Origin: a virus
Length of the DNA: 64,000 bases
Strand: one strand, 5' to 3'
Virus record (IMG/VR): IMGVR_UViG_3300046517_001864
Location: 3,880 to 67,879 of that record
Shown in pieces: positions 34,585 to 43,615 of this stretch; position 1 is the first letter of the stretch, and each line of letters begins with the position of its first letter. The notes below the pieces were generated by a model, which was given only the letters and a program-made list of their open reading frames with translations, did no database searches and was not told the origin of the DNA. Both the position numbers and the translations under genes were made by a program.

Positions 34585-35511
34585 TTAATACTGATTAACC
34601 ATCGGCGGAGTGCCGGAAGAATTCCCACCCACAGAAGGATTCGTAGGGTTGTCACGATAACTCTCCACAGTGCCAGTCTTTTCCCCTCGGCCCGCTCCGC
34701 TTCGCAGCATATCCGGACGAGGTGTGTTAAACTCCGTATCCCCATGACGTTGCAAGTAAACTCCTGGACGTAGCCCTCCTCGGGCTTGTAGGTTTACTCC
34801 CTCCTCGTATTTCCACTTCCCGTCATCCCCGACCGTAAGTCGGTCGGTTGGGGCGGTACCTTTCGAATGAGTTAACGTATCCCCAGAACGATCCACGGAG
34901 TAGTCCTTCGGGAACCCTGCCTTCGCCCAAGCTTGGATGGTTCGCATATCCCCGGAGTGAGCGGCGACGATTGAAACCAGCGACGGGTGCCGAGCGGATT
35001 CTTTCATAATCTGCTCCATTGCCGGGAGCATCCGCTGTTCGTAATCCCGTTGGCTCTCCCCTCGTTGGCCGGTGAGCGGGGATTCCCCGGGAGGTTCGTT
35101 GGTGGGGGTTTGGGTTTTAAGCCGTTTTACGAGCTCCTGTACGTCGGTCGACCGTTCCCCTTCCAGACTCCCCATCCGTTGCGGGGCGAGCCCAGGAACC
35201 TCGGTAATCGTAGGTTTAAACGGCGCGAGGTGTTGGGCGAGGATCTGGGAGGTCTCCTTCGTACGAGCCCAGGGGGATGAATAGATTTTAACCTGACGAG
35301 GTCGGCCAGACTCCGCAAGGCGTTGACCGAAGTGAGACCCCACCTGATGGATCTGGTTACGACCTTCATCCAGGAGGTTGAAGTTACTTGCCCCACGCTC
35401 ACGAACGAACGGATCGGGTCCCATATCCTGCGGAGGCGTAGCCGGACGAAGCTGTGGGGGTTTGCCAAGTTGTCCGAGAAGATCAAATGCGCGGCTCATG
35501 GTTTTAACCAA
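34585..35511 (-). CDS. histidine-phosphatase-superfamily-like protein with motifs in noncanonical order
   Basis: 'VYLQRHGDTEFNT' (RHG catalytic motif) near C-terminus; 'KIYSSPWARTKETSQIL' and 'IVAAHSGDMRTI' earlier in sequence. Confidence 0.4.
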   Translation of the reverse strand: MVKTMSRAFDLLGQLGKPPQLRPATPPQDMGPDPFVRERGASNFNLLDEGRNQIHQVGSHFGQRLAESGRPRQVKIYSSPWARTKETSQILAQHLAPFKPTITEVPGLAPQRMGSLEGERSTDVQELVKRLKTQTPTNEPPGESPLTGQRGESQRDYEQRMLPAMEQIMKESARHPSLVSIVAAHSGDMRTIQAWAKAGFPKDYSVDRSGDTLTHSKGTAPTDRLTVGDDGKWKYEEGVNLQARGGLRPGVYLQRHGDTEFNTPRPDMLRSGAGRGEKTGTVESYRDNPTNPSVGGNSSGTPPMVNQY

Positions 35512-37685
35512 GGAAACATTTTGTACTCTGGCTGCTTCATCCGTTGCTCTAACGGTCGGTTTGATCCGATTGGTTCGGCTGGGAACTGTCCAGTTTCGGC
35601 ACGTCCGAGGATCCCACCGATATCATTAGCACCCTCTCCGGCTTCTTGACCTTCGGGGAATAACTGCTGTTGGTTCAACCTCATCGATCCCGGAGGTGGG
35701 GTTGGTTCGAGGTTGATCTTCATCGGAGGATACCCGGAGAGAGTCGGAGCCACCCGAGGGATACTCTTCGGGGGGAGTTTGTACTTCGCCGCAGCTTCAT
35801 CCGTGTAGTTGTTATACGCGTCGAGAGCTTTGTTGATACGAGCTACGGAGTCGTAAGGACTTTTATCCGGGCGGGTGTACTTCTGTACCAAAGCTTTCCC
35901 TGCAGCTTTCGCGGTTGCCTCTGGAGAGGTAAGATCGAAAATGGAGAAGTTGTATCCACCCTTCGCCTGTTGCGCTGGAGTCACCCGAAGATCTCGGTAA
36001 AGGTTTTCGTGAGCTTCTTTGAAATCTAGGATTGACTTTAGCCGATCGTTGAGTTCCTGGTATTGTTCTCCGCCATGCTCGGGATCCACGCCTTTTGCAA
36101 TGATATCCCTCGCAGCTTCGGTTTCAGCACGAAGAGAAGATGATCGAACATGCGAGGCCATATCATTATACTGACCAAAGTCCGTCTTCCCGTAGTACTT
36201 ATCCAACATCGCGTTGTTCGTCGCACGAAGAGCTCGGAGTTGTTTCAGGGATAGTTGTTTACCGTTGTAACTCTCCGCATCTTTCACCAACGCATCGTAA
36301 GTTGGTCTATCCACCTCCGCGAGATGTTCGGGTATCGCCGCGAGTTTTGCCTTGTAAATCGGAGTAGTATCTCCTTTCCACCCTACCCCAATCGCTCGGT
36401 TCTCCATTGCCTCGGCTTGGAATTTGTTATCCGCTTCCGCGATTCGAATAGCTTCGGGAAGATGTGCGAAGTCTAGTCGTTCGGAGGCCGGTAGCGCAGC
36501 ACGAAGTACCGGCAATCCCTTCTGAACCGACGAATCAAACCCAGCGTCTTTCACCCCGAACCCTTCCGCGAGTCCTTTCGTGATTGGATTCGGCCAATCG
36601 GGACCGAGGAGTTTCTGTTGTTTAATCCAATCCTTTGAAAGGTACTCTCCCGGTTTCTCCAGCCCGCCGGAGAATTTCAACCCGAGCAGATCCCGCACCG
36701 TGTTGAAGGTAAGATCCCCTGCACCTCCAGCGACATCCCCCGCAGCAATCTTCTCCACCCCACCGACGTATCCACCGAGCGGCGGAATCATCGCCGCAGC
36801 AGTGTGAGCGGTAGCATCCGCGAGAGCTTTCGCAGCTTCCCCATGTTCCCCTCGGGCAGTGTGGTCGATGAGACTCTGCACCGCTTCGTACGCTTTCGGC
36901 AGGTGCTCCGCAGCTCCGGAGACTATCGCCCCACCTGGGGTGTGACCCACGAGCATCTGTCCTAACGCCAGCCCAGCGTGCCCGAGTCGGCCTTCTTTCA
37001 GAGCATCCCAAACTTCCTGAATATCCTCCCTCGGTGGTTCGGTCCAACCCTGGACGGTATCCGGTAACCCCAGCGCACGAGGAGCCCCGCCAAGAAACGC
37101 CGCTGCCTGCTGCGCTCGGGAGACTTGGGTCTGTTGTTCCTGGTGGTAAGCGTCGAACAGATCCGGACCGGTCGAACCGACCCCACCTGCTGATGCCGGA
37201 GGAGGAGTCTCCGCACCCGGCCCACCTGTTGGAGCGGAGGGATTGTTCAATCGGGTAGGAACCGAACTCGACTCACGCTTTGCTTGGAACGCCGCAAGCC
37301 GCTCGGGATCGATCTGTGCTAGCGGAGCAGAGCGGTTAACTCCAAGCTGTGACGCAGCGTCGGAGATGTACTTCTCCGTGTCGTTCTCTCCCGGCGGGGC
37401 GTAAGTGGAGATGTACTGTTCAAGCGTATGCCCCTGTCGGGTATGCTGGCCGATTAGCTGATGGAGGGCTTGGTAACCCGCTCCTGGATCAGAGAACTTC
37501 GCAAACCCACCTTCCCCTTGCGTAGCCCCCGGCTGTCCAGCAAACCGAAGATTTCCTGGGTTGTTGTTCCGATACGCGAGCTGTGGGGTGAACGAATTCT
37601 GCCCCGGAGCGAACTGAGGAATGGTAATCCCCGCGTCCGGTGCTTTCGACTGCTGTTCGTGGTAGAGATCGAATAGATCCGCCAT
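35496..37685 (-). CDS. large virion-associated protein (729 aa), internal/ejection-protein candidate
   Basis: Position at distal end of structural block; internal duplication (MADLFDLYHEQQ... / GPDLFDAYHQEQQ...); 'NNNPGNLRFAG' motif; Pro/Gly-rich linkers. Confidence 0.55.
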   Translation of the reverse strand: MADLFDLYHEQQSKAPDAGITIPQFAPGQNSFTPQLAYRNNNPGNLRFAGQPGATQGEGGFAKFSDPGAGYQALHQLIGQHTRQGHTLEQYISTYAPPGENDTEKYISDAASQLGVNRSAPLAQIDPERLAAFQAKRESSSVPTRLNNPSAPTGGPGAETPPPASAGGVGSTGPDLFDAYHQEQQTQVSRAQQAAAFLGGAPRALGLPDTVQGWTEPPREDIQEVWDALKEGRLGHAGLALGQMLVGHTPGGAIVSGAAEHLPKAYEAVQSLIDHTARGEHGEAAKALADATAHTAAAMIPPLGGYVGGVEKIAAGDVAGGAGDLTFNTVRDLLGLKFSGGLEKPGEYLSKDWIKQQKLLGPDWPNPITKGLAEGFGVKDAGFDSSVQKGLPVLRAALPASERLDFAHLPEAIRIAEADNKFQAEAMENRAIGVGWKGDTTPIYKAKLAAIPEHLAEVDRPTYDALVKDAESYNGKQLSLKQLRALRATNNAMLDKYYGKTDFGQYNDMASHVRSSSLRAETEAARDIIAKGVDPEHGGEQYQELNDRLKSILDFKEAHENLYRDLRVTPAQQAKGGYNFSIFDLTSPEATAKAAGKALVQKYTRPDKSPYDSVARINKALDAYNNYTDEAAAKYKLPPKSIPRVAPTLSGYPPMKINLEPTPPPGSMRLNQQQLFPEGQEAGEGANDIGGILGRAETGQFPAEPIGSNRPLEQRMKQPEYKMFPWLKP

Positions 37686-37688
37686 GGG

Positions 37689-39392
37689 TTATTTCCCTGC
37701 CGAGGTATCCCAACCAACTCCTTGGGCGAGTTCTTTCGCCTTCGCTGGATCTTTCCCAGCGAGATTGTAAAACAACGGAATCAAACTCGGATCGAGTTTC
37801 TGACCTTTGGTTTTCGGTTTGAGATTATCCGGAACCGTGGTGGATTTGGATTGGTTCAACATCCCCTCCAGCGGTTTCCCCGGATCGATTCCCATGTTTT
37901 TCAAAAAAGCCTCATTCTCATCCGTGATGAGTTTCTGTTTCCCCCGCCCGTACGTCCCTCGGTTGTATTGATCCTGGTTAGCTTTGATCTTCGAAGCCGC
38001 TAGGATCATCGTCGCCCGAGCGTTACCCTCTAACTGTTTCGGCCCGAGGGCGATGTCGAAGTCGACCTTGTTTGCCTTACGATCTTCCAAAGTACCCGCA
38101 CCGGATTGAATGTAAGCTTTCGTGATTTCCGGCCCGAGTCGGTTGACAATCGTGTTGTAAATCGTCGGAGCCGAATCACCCAACTGAGCGCCAATCTTCT
38201 TCGCGATAGCGTTGAGGGATTGTACGTCAGTGTTATGTAACGCCTTCGAAGCTTCGAGTAACGTCTGAGTATGCCCGAGCATAACGTTCAATGCATTGCT
38301 GGAGTTACCCAGCGGACCCGACGTCGCGGATTTTTCCATGTTGTTAAACGCGTTGTAGTTCGTCGCTTGGTAATCCGGGTTCTCTTTCAACACCTGGGAC
38401 ATGATCCCAATCCCCTCGCGGGTTCTCGCGGCGAAGCTCGACAGCGGGGCCATCTGGTAGTTCGCAATCCCCTTCGCGTAGCTTTTTTGAGATTCAGGAT
38501 CAGCCGGAAGTCCCGCCGCTCCAGCGAAATGCGTCGCTAGGAAATTCTCCCACTGATCGGTCCCCTTCTTATCCCCACGCTTCTGAGCGTCGATCAAACT
38601 GTTTAGAGCCATCGCCTTCACAGCGTCGGAGCTTTCCGGACGAGCTTGCTTCAATCCCGTTCGGGCTTCGATCATATACGCGTTGTACTCGTTCGGGTTG
38701 GTGTTACGAAACTCTTCCATCTCCGGAGTTGAGGCGACAGCGTCCCACGCGTTAGACTTCGCCGCGAGCTCACCCTCCGCTTTCCCCTGGGCATCAGCGG
38801 ATTGCTTCTGTCCTGCTGCCGCTGCAATCCCAGCCGGTCCTCCGGGAATCATCATCACCCCACCCGGTCCGGGGACGGACATCTGCTGCTGGCCCGTCTC
38901 AAGATCGATCGGGGATTGGTTACGAAACGTCGGACCCTGCGTGGTTACTCCACCACGGGTGATATCCGGGGTCGACTCCACGGTCGGTGCTGGGATCGCT
39001 CCACCGGAGTTCTGCAACTCGAACAACTTCGCTGCGGGGATTTCATCCGGAGAGTTAGCAACTGAGGCCTCTCCACCTGTTCCACCCGTCCTCGTCGAAG
39101 CCGTCGCTGCCCTCGCACCGCGTGAGGTGTGCTGCGCCAGCTCATCCGGCGACATCGGCGTACCATCCGGGTGCTGACCCATTTGATACTTCCGATACGC
39201 GTCGTTGGATTTAAACTCCTGCTGTTCGAGATTCATCTTCTGCACGGATTGATTCTCGTTAAACAACCGTTCCCGCAGGAGATCCGACATCTGTTGCCGT
39301 TTGAGTTGCTGTTCACCCCAGGCGGGGTTACGCCCAGCAACGAACCCGCTCCCCATCTGGTTGAAGAATTTTCCTACATCCGACCAAGCCAT
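37689..39392 (-). CDS. large virion-associated protein (567 aa)
   Basis: Adjacent to 729-aa protein; long Ala/Gly/Pro-rich linker, helical segments. Confidence 0.55.
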   Translation of the reverse strand: MAWSDVGKFFNQMGSGFVAGRNPAWGEQQLKRQQMSDLLRERLFNENQSVQKMNLEQQEFKSNDAYRKYQMGQHPDGTPMSPDELAQHTSRGARAATASTRTGGTGGEASVANSPDEIPAAKLFELQNSGGAIPAPTVESTPDITRGGVTTQGPTFRNQSPIDLETGQQQMSVPGPGGVMMIPGGPAGIAAAAGQKQSADAQGKAEGELAAKSNAWDAVASTPEMEEFRNTNPNEYNAYMIEARTGLKQARPESSDAVKAMALNSLIDAQKRGDKKGTDQWENFLATHFAGAAGLPADPESQKSYAKGIANYQMAPLSSFAARTREGIGIMSQVLKENPDYQATNYNAFNNMEKSATSGPLGNSSNALNVMLGHTQTLLEASKALHNTDVQSLNAIAKKIGAQLGDSAPTIYNTIVNRLGPEITKAYIQSGAGTLEDRKANKVDFDIALGPKQLEGNARATMILAASKIKANQDQYNRGTYGRGKQKLITDENEAFLKNMGIDPGKPLEGMLNQSKSTTVPDNLKPKTKGQKLDPSLIPLFYNLAGKDPAKAKELAQGVGWDTSAGK

Positions 39393-39401
39393 GTGTGTTC
39401 C

Positions 39402-39998
39402 TTATCCTAACGGTATCCCAAACAACGACGGATGGGATGAAGCATTCGAGGATGAAGTCCCAGTTTGGGATTGATTAAACTGCTGATTACCCTGAGTGGC
39501 ATTCGTGGTTGTCGACCCGATTGGGCTCTGGCCAAGGAACGACGTCGCCAACCCGAGGAGATTCTGCGTGTTACCAAACTTCGCCTGTTGGTTCAAGAAC
39601 GGAATCTGATTCTGGAAGTTCGTGATCTGTCCGGTCACTCCCTGTTGGATCGCGGTGTTCGCAGCGTCGGTCGAACCAGAGTTAAGCGTCCCACGTCTCG
39701 CGGCGTTGTTAGCCACCGCAGTCTCCGCAGCTTGCCCAGCTTGATTCGCTTGGTTCGCGATCTGTGCCGTTTGAGCATCCCCGTACACCGGCTTCTGAGC
39801 GTCAGAGTACTGCTGCGCTATCGCTGGGAGGATCGACTCACGGAACATCTTAAACAACGGGTTTTCATTCGGGGTGACCGTTCCCTCCCCTGATTGCCCA
39901 AACTGTGACGTCCCAGTCGAGGAGCTCGAAGAGTTCTGGCTCCCACTCTGTCCTTGTCCCATGAGGGACGAAAGTAGCCCACCGATTAAACTTGCCAT
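39402..39998 (-). CDS. Gln/Ser/Gly/Asn-rich low-complexity protein (198 aa)
   Basis: Composition; structural block. Confidence 0.5.
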   Translation of the reverse strand: MASLIGGLLSSLMGQGQSGSQNSSSSSTGTSQFGQSGEGTVTPNENPLFKMFRESILPAIAQQYSDAQKPVYGDAQTAQIANQANQAGQAAETAVANNAARRGTLNSGSTDAANTAIQQGVTGQITNFQNQIPFLNQQAKFGNTQNLLGLATSFLGQSPIGSTTTNATQGNQQFNQSQTGTSSSNASSHPSLFGIPLG

Positions 39999-40001
39999 AT
40001 A

Positions 40002-40367
40002 TTATCCTTGAGGAGTACCCCATGCATCAGATCCCCATTGTGCGTTAGGGGTAGCCGGGACAGGTGAACCAAACTGTGATACCTTCGGAGCTGGGACGAT
40101 CCCAGGTTGAACTAGCGGAGAGGTTGTAGCAAACGGATCATTCGGTGGAGAGGCATTCCCCTGAGCGCCGATGTTATTCACCGTGGAGGTAAACAGCCCT
40201 GAGAGCCCGTTGTTCCCGCCGTTCCCGGTGAAAGAATTGTTCGGCCCAAGCCGACCGTTCACAAACCCGGTACCCATTCCACGGAGAAACCCACCAAATC
40301 CCCCACCGGAATCATCCTCCGAGGCTCCGCCCCCACTCCCACCGAGATTTGAAAATAGATCCCCCAC
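40002..40367 (-). CDS. Gly-rich protein (121 aa; GGSGGG, GGFGGF repeats)
   Basis: Composition; structural block. Confidence 0.45.
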   Translation of the reverse strand: MGDLFSNLGGSGGGASEDDSGGGFGGFLRGMGTGFVNGRLGPNNSFTGNGGNNGLSGLFTSTVNNIGAQGNASPPNDPFATTSPLVQPGIVPAPKVSQFGSPVPATPNAQWGSDAWGTPQG

Positions 40368-40368
40368 C

Positions 40369-40974
40369 TTACACTCCTACGGTTTCCGCCTTGGATTTAG
40401 CCGGTACGATTGGCTCAATCGGTGTGTTGAATAATTCCTTCGTAACCCAATCCCGGCGGGTTAACCCAAACAACGCCATGTTCTGTGGGACTTCGTTAAT
40501 CACCACCGCGTCACGGAGGCATCCTTCGTAAGAGAACCCGAGCCGCTTCGCCAGAGCTTTCGCCGGTGCGTTGGAGCTCAGAACCGTAACCGACACTCGG
40601 TTGATCGTTGGAGCGTGGAAGAAGATGTGGTTGAGCAACACCTGACCCGCTTGATCCACCAGCCGAGAGCCCCAGGCCTTTCGGGTGGATGCCACGTGAG
40701 CGTTCCCGTTAACAATCGTATCCTGATCAAAGGTATACAACCCGATCAGCGGGACCTCATGTCGAATGCCGAGGATGTTGTTCTTGTCAATAATCCCAAA
40801 CGTCTGAAGGGTCTTCATCCCAGCGAATCGCTCGGCGAGCTCCTCAGGGGTTTTGGGAAAGTTTGGTGTTTGCACTATCGTTCGATAACAGTGCAACCAG
40901 TTGAAAATACGGTGGTATTCTTTAGCGGGGAACGGTGAAACGAGGTCTACGTCACGACCTTCGATAATCTGCAT
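40369..40974 (-). CDS. GNAT family N-acetyltransferase (RimJ/RimL-like)
   Basis: '...NAPAKALAKRLGFSYEGCLRDAVVINEVPQNMALFGLTRRDW' matches the RimL-type C-terminal pattern (...a.v...N..S.rl.ek.GF..eG.lr...........D...y.l...ew). Confidence 0.65.
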   Translation of the reverse strand: MQIIEGRDVDLVSPFPAKEYHRIFNWLHCYRTIVQTPNFPKTPEELAERFAGMKTLQTFGIIDKNNILGIRHEVPLIGLYTFDQDTIVNGNAHVASTRKAWGSRLVDQAGQVLLNHIFFHAPTINRVSVTVLSSNAPAKALAKRLGFSYEGCLRDAVVINEVPQNMALFGLTRRDWVTKELFNTPIEPIVPAKSKAETVGV

Positions 40975-41073
40975 AGCAGAGCTCCTGGTTTGGTTTGTCC
41001 ACCGTTCGTCGTGGATCTGACGGTACTGTTAGTAGTATACCACACCTGACGGATTAACCGCTGTTAATCCATC

Positions 41074-41943
41074 CTACGCTTCGTAGATCTGCCAGATGGA
41101 GTTGTTCCCACGTTTGATAACCTCCACAACCCCCTGGGTTACCAGAGCTTGAGGTACAAAGCGTTTGATGGGTTCGACGACCCCCTGCGTGACACGCGCT
41201 TGCGGAGTCGGACGTTTGATCGGCTCAACCACAGCTTGAGTTACGAGAGCTTTTGAACCCCCTGTGAACGGAAAGATTACCCCAGCGTTTCCATCTATCC
41301 CGTATAAATCATCGATAAACCCGTTACCGTCAAATTCGATAGCGGTAATTTGAACATTCGGATTAGCAGTAGTAGTTGGAACAGGAAGCAGAAATGGGTT
41401 GAGGGATGTGGTGCCGTTACCCGCAACTACCAAAGTTCCATTCACCCAACCAGTTCCACCAACGGTTACGTACGTGTTCGTGGAAGATCCAACGGTGATC
41501 GTCGCGAGGGCGATAGTAAAACTAGCTTCAAAATCCTGCCAAGTATCAGCAGTAACTACCGCTGCGCCAGAATTACCAAGTAACGCCGCACCCGCGAACA
41601 ACGCTCCCCCGAGAGTGTTTGCTGCATACAGCGAAACAGATCGATCTGATTCGACATGGAATTTCCCAAACGGCTGGGAATTACCCGTTGCGGAGTTGAC
41701 GCAAACTAGATCCGGGGTATTCGCACCTTTCCAATAAACGGTGATCGATGGTGGTCCAGGAGTCTCGGGAATTGGAAATTGTAACTGTCCACTCAACCCC
41801 ATCTGGTACACTCGTGTACCATTGGCTCGATTGAGCGTGTTTGTAGTTATCGCACCGTGGAAGAATCCAATGTCAAAAAAACCAGTAGGTGGATCTACCC
41901 CAATCGCGTAAGTTTCAAGATCGTCAGTAAGCCAAGCAGACAT
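41074..41943 (-). CDS. tail-associated protein (289 aa)
   Basis: Ser/Thr/Gly/Asn-rich beta-type composition; within tail gene run. Confidence 0.45.
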   Translation of the reverse strand: MSAWLTDDLETYAIGVDPPTGFFDIGFFHGAITTNTLNRANGTRVYQMGLSGQLQFPIPETPGPPSITVYWKGANTPDLVCVNSATGNSQPFGKFHVESDRSVSLYAANTLGGALFAGAALLGNSGAAVVTADTWQDFEASFTIALATITVGSSTNTYVTVGGTGWVNGTLVVAGNGTTSLNPFLLPVPTTTANPNVQITAIEFDGNGFIDDLYGIDGNAGVIFPFTGGSKALVTQAVVEPIKRPTPQARVTQGVVEPIKRFVPQALVTQGVVEVIKRGNNSIWQIYEA

Positions 41944-42981
41944 TTAGAGTATACACTGAAAACCGAAAGTTTCGGTGGAAAGATTCCCGGTGGTCCAGGC
42001 TACGCCGTTGTCGGTGTCCAACGGAGCGATGTAGTACACGTAGAAATCCGACAGGTAAGTGTGCCCGTTCTGGAATTCAATAGTATACGGATTACTCGCA
42101 CCAACGGTTGAATCGATACCCCGGATACCTTCCGTATCCTTACGAGCACAGACGAGGTACTGTGCTCCGAGAATAGTACCGGTAAAACCGCTGATTGGCT
42201 GGTATTTGAATCCCTCCGAGGTCGTAGCTGTGTTAGAGGTGAACACGTACGATGTATCATCATCAGCAGGGTTTTCATTCACACAGGTGTACGCGTGTGT
42301 ACCATCCCCTCCCACAGTTCCCCAGTTCGTAGTAACATCCGTCGCTGGGAAGATCGCATCAATCTCCACATCCCCGAGAAATGCTGTATTCGTGGTAGCA
42401 TTCCCGTTGAAATCCGTACCTTGTTCATCCAGGCAGTAGTAATCCATGAACGACAAAGTACCGTTAGTAATGATTCCAACCATGTTCGCGGTGGAGTTAT
42501 TGTCGATCAGATTTGAACCCACCACATTCGACGGACCGGTAAATGTCCCAAACTGAAACCCATCCACACGGATTGTCCCAGCAACCGTAATCGTACCAGT
42601 CCCACCACTGAGGGTGACATCAAGCTCGTAGTAATGCCAAGAACCTTTATCCGCTACCGCTAGCCCCGAGTTTCCGACCACCACAGTCCCGCCGAGAAGG
42701 GATACCGTACCGTCGGTATTTACTAACAACTGTGCAATAGGCACCCCGTTGTTTGCCATAGTAAGATTAGGCCCACCCGCTGAGGAGTACTTCACTGCTG
42801 CGCCTTGAATATACCTATTCCGATGACTCAACGTTTTGGTAATCCCGTTACCAGCTATGGAGATGTTCGGAGCATTCCGGCGACCACCGGAGGAATTCCA
42901 CGTGGACCCGGCTTGGTTCGTCCACTTACGGGGTTGCTGCACGTTGTTGTAATGCGCCATGCTGTCAATAAAACGTAGCAT
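41944..42981 (-). CDS. tail fiber/receptor-binding protein candidate (345 aa)
   Basis: Gly/Thr/Asn-rich; adjacent to fiber N-terminal-like gene. Confidence 0.45.
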   Translation of the reverse strand: MLRFIDSMAHYNNVQQPRKWTNQAGSTWNSSGGRRNAPNISIAGNGITKTLSHRNRYIQGAAVKYSSAGGPNLTMANNGVPIAQLLVNTDGTVSLLGGTVVVGNSGLAVADKGSWHYYELDVTLSGGTGTITVAGTIRVDGFQFGTFTGPSNVVGSNLIDNNSTANMVGIITNGTLSFMDYYCLDEQGTDFNGNATTNTAFLGDVEIDAIFPATDVTTNWGTVGGDGTHAYTCVNENPADDDTSYVFTSNTATTSEGFKYQPISGFTGTILGAQYLVCARKDTEGIRGIDSTVGASNPYTIEFQNGHTYLSDFYVYYIAPLDTDNGVAWTTGNLSTETFGFQCIL

Positions 42982-43613
42982 TATGGTTGTACCTCTACTT
43001 CCAGCGTTACGTACGATGATCCCCCTGCGGTGGAAACCACCGGTACGAGGATATCGTTGGTTTGAAAAGATATACTCGGGCTGAAGTTTGTTACATTCAC
43101 CGGACCGTAGTTGCTCACCGGGAGGGTGAGATCCGCTGCGAGGATGTTCTGTGACGTGGTTGCCGTGCCGTTCGTGACCCGTATCCGAGCCATGTTGAAC
43201 TTCGCCCCACCGGTTGCGGTCGCGGTTCCAAGAGCGGTGACCTTTACATTCACCGGCGTGGCTCCGTGGAAGAATATATACCCTGGTGCTTGGGACCCGG
43301 ACACCAACGTCCCGGTGACTGCGAACACCACACGGAAGTTCCCACTTCCTCCAGCACTCCCAGCCTGACGCCGTTGGACGTGCTGCATGGTGATGTCATC
43401 CAGGTGTTTCTTCAACGTGCGGAGATTCACCGCATCGGTAGGAGCGCCGGGATCAGCTACCCCGGTTACCCGGTTTCCCTGCATCTCCATATTCGCCGTA
43501 CGACGATCCGACGCGGCGATCTTCTCCCCGATCCGGTTCATGTACTGAGTGACTTGCTTACGGACATTCTCCGGATCACCGGGCGGGATGTTAACAGGGA
43601 TATTCTTCGGCAT
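42981..43613 (-). CDS. tail fiber protein, N-terminal tail-attachment-like domain
   Basis: 'NRVTGVADPGAPTDAVNLRTLKKHL' resembles conserved tail-fiber N-terminal motif (..L.DP....DAVNK.Y.D). Confidence 0.5.
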   Translation of the reverse strand: MPKNIPVNIPPGDPENVRKQVTQYMNRIGEKIAASDRRTANMEMQGNRVTGVADPGAPTDAVNLRTLKKHLDDITMQHVQRRQAGSAGGSGNFRVVFAVTGTLVSGSQAPGYIFFHGATPVNVKVTALGTATATGGAKFNMARIRVTNGTATTSQNILAADLTLPVSNYGPVNVTNFSPSISFQTNDILVPVVSTAGGSSYVTLEVEVQP

Positions 43614-43615
43614 GG

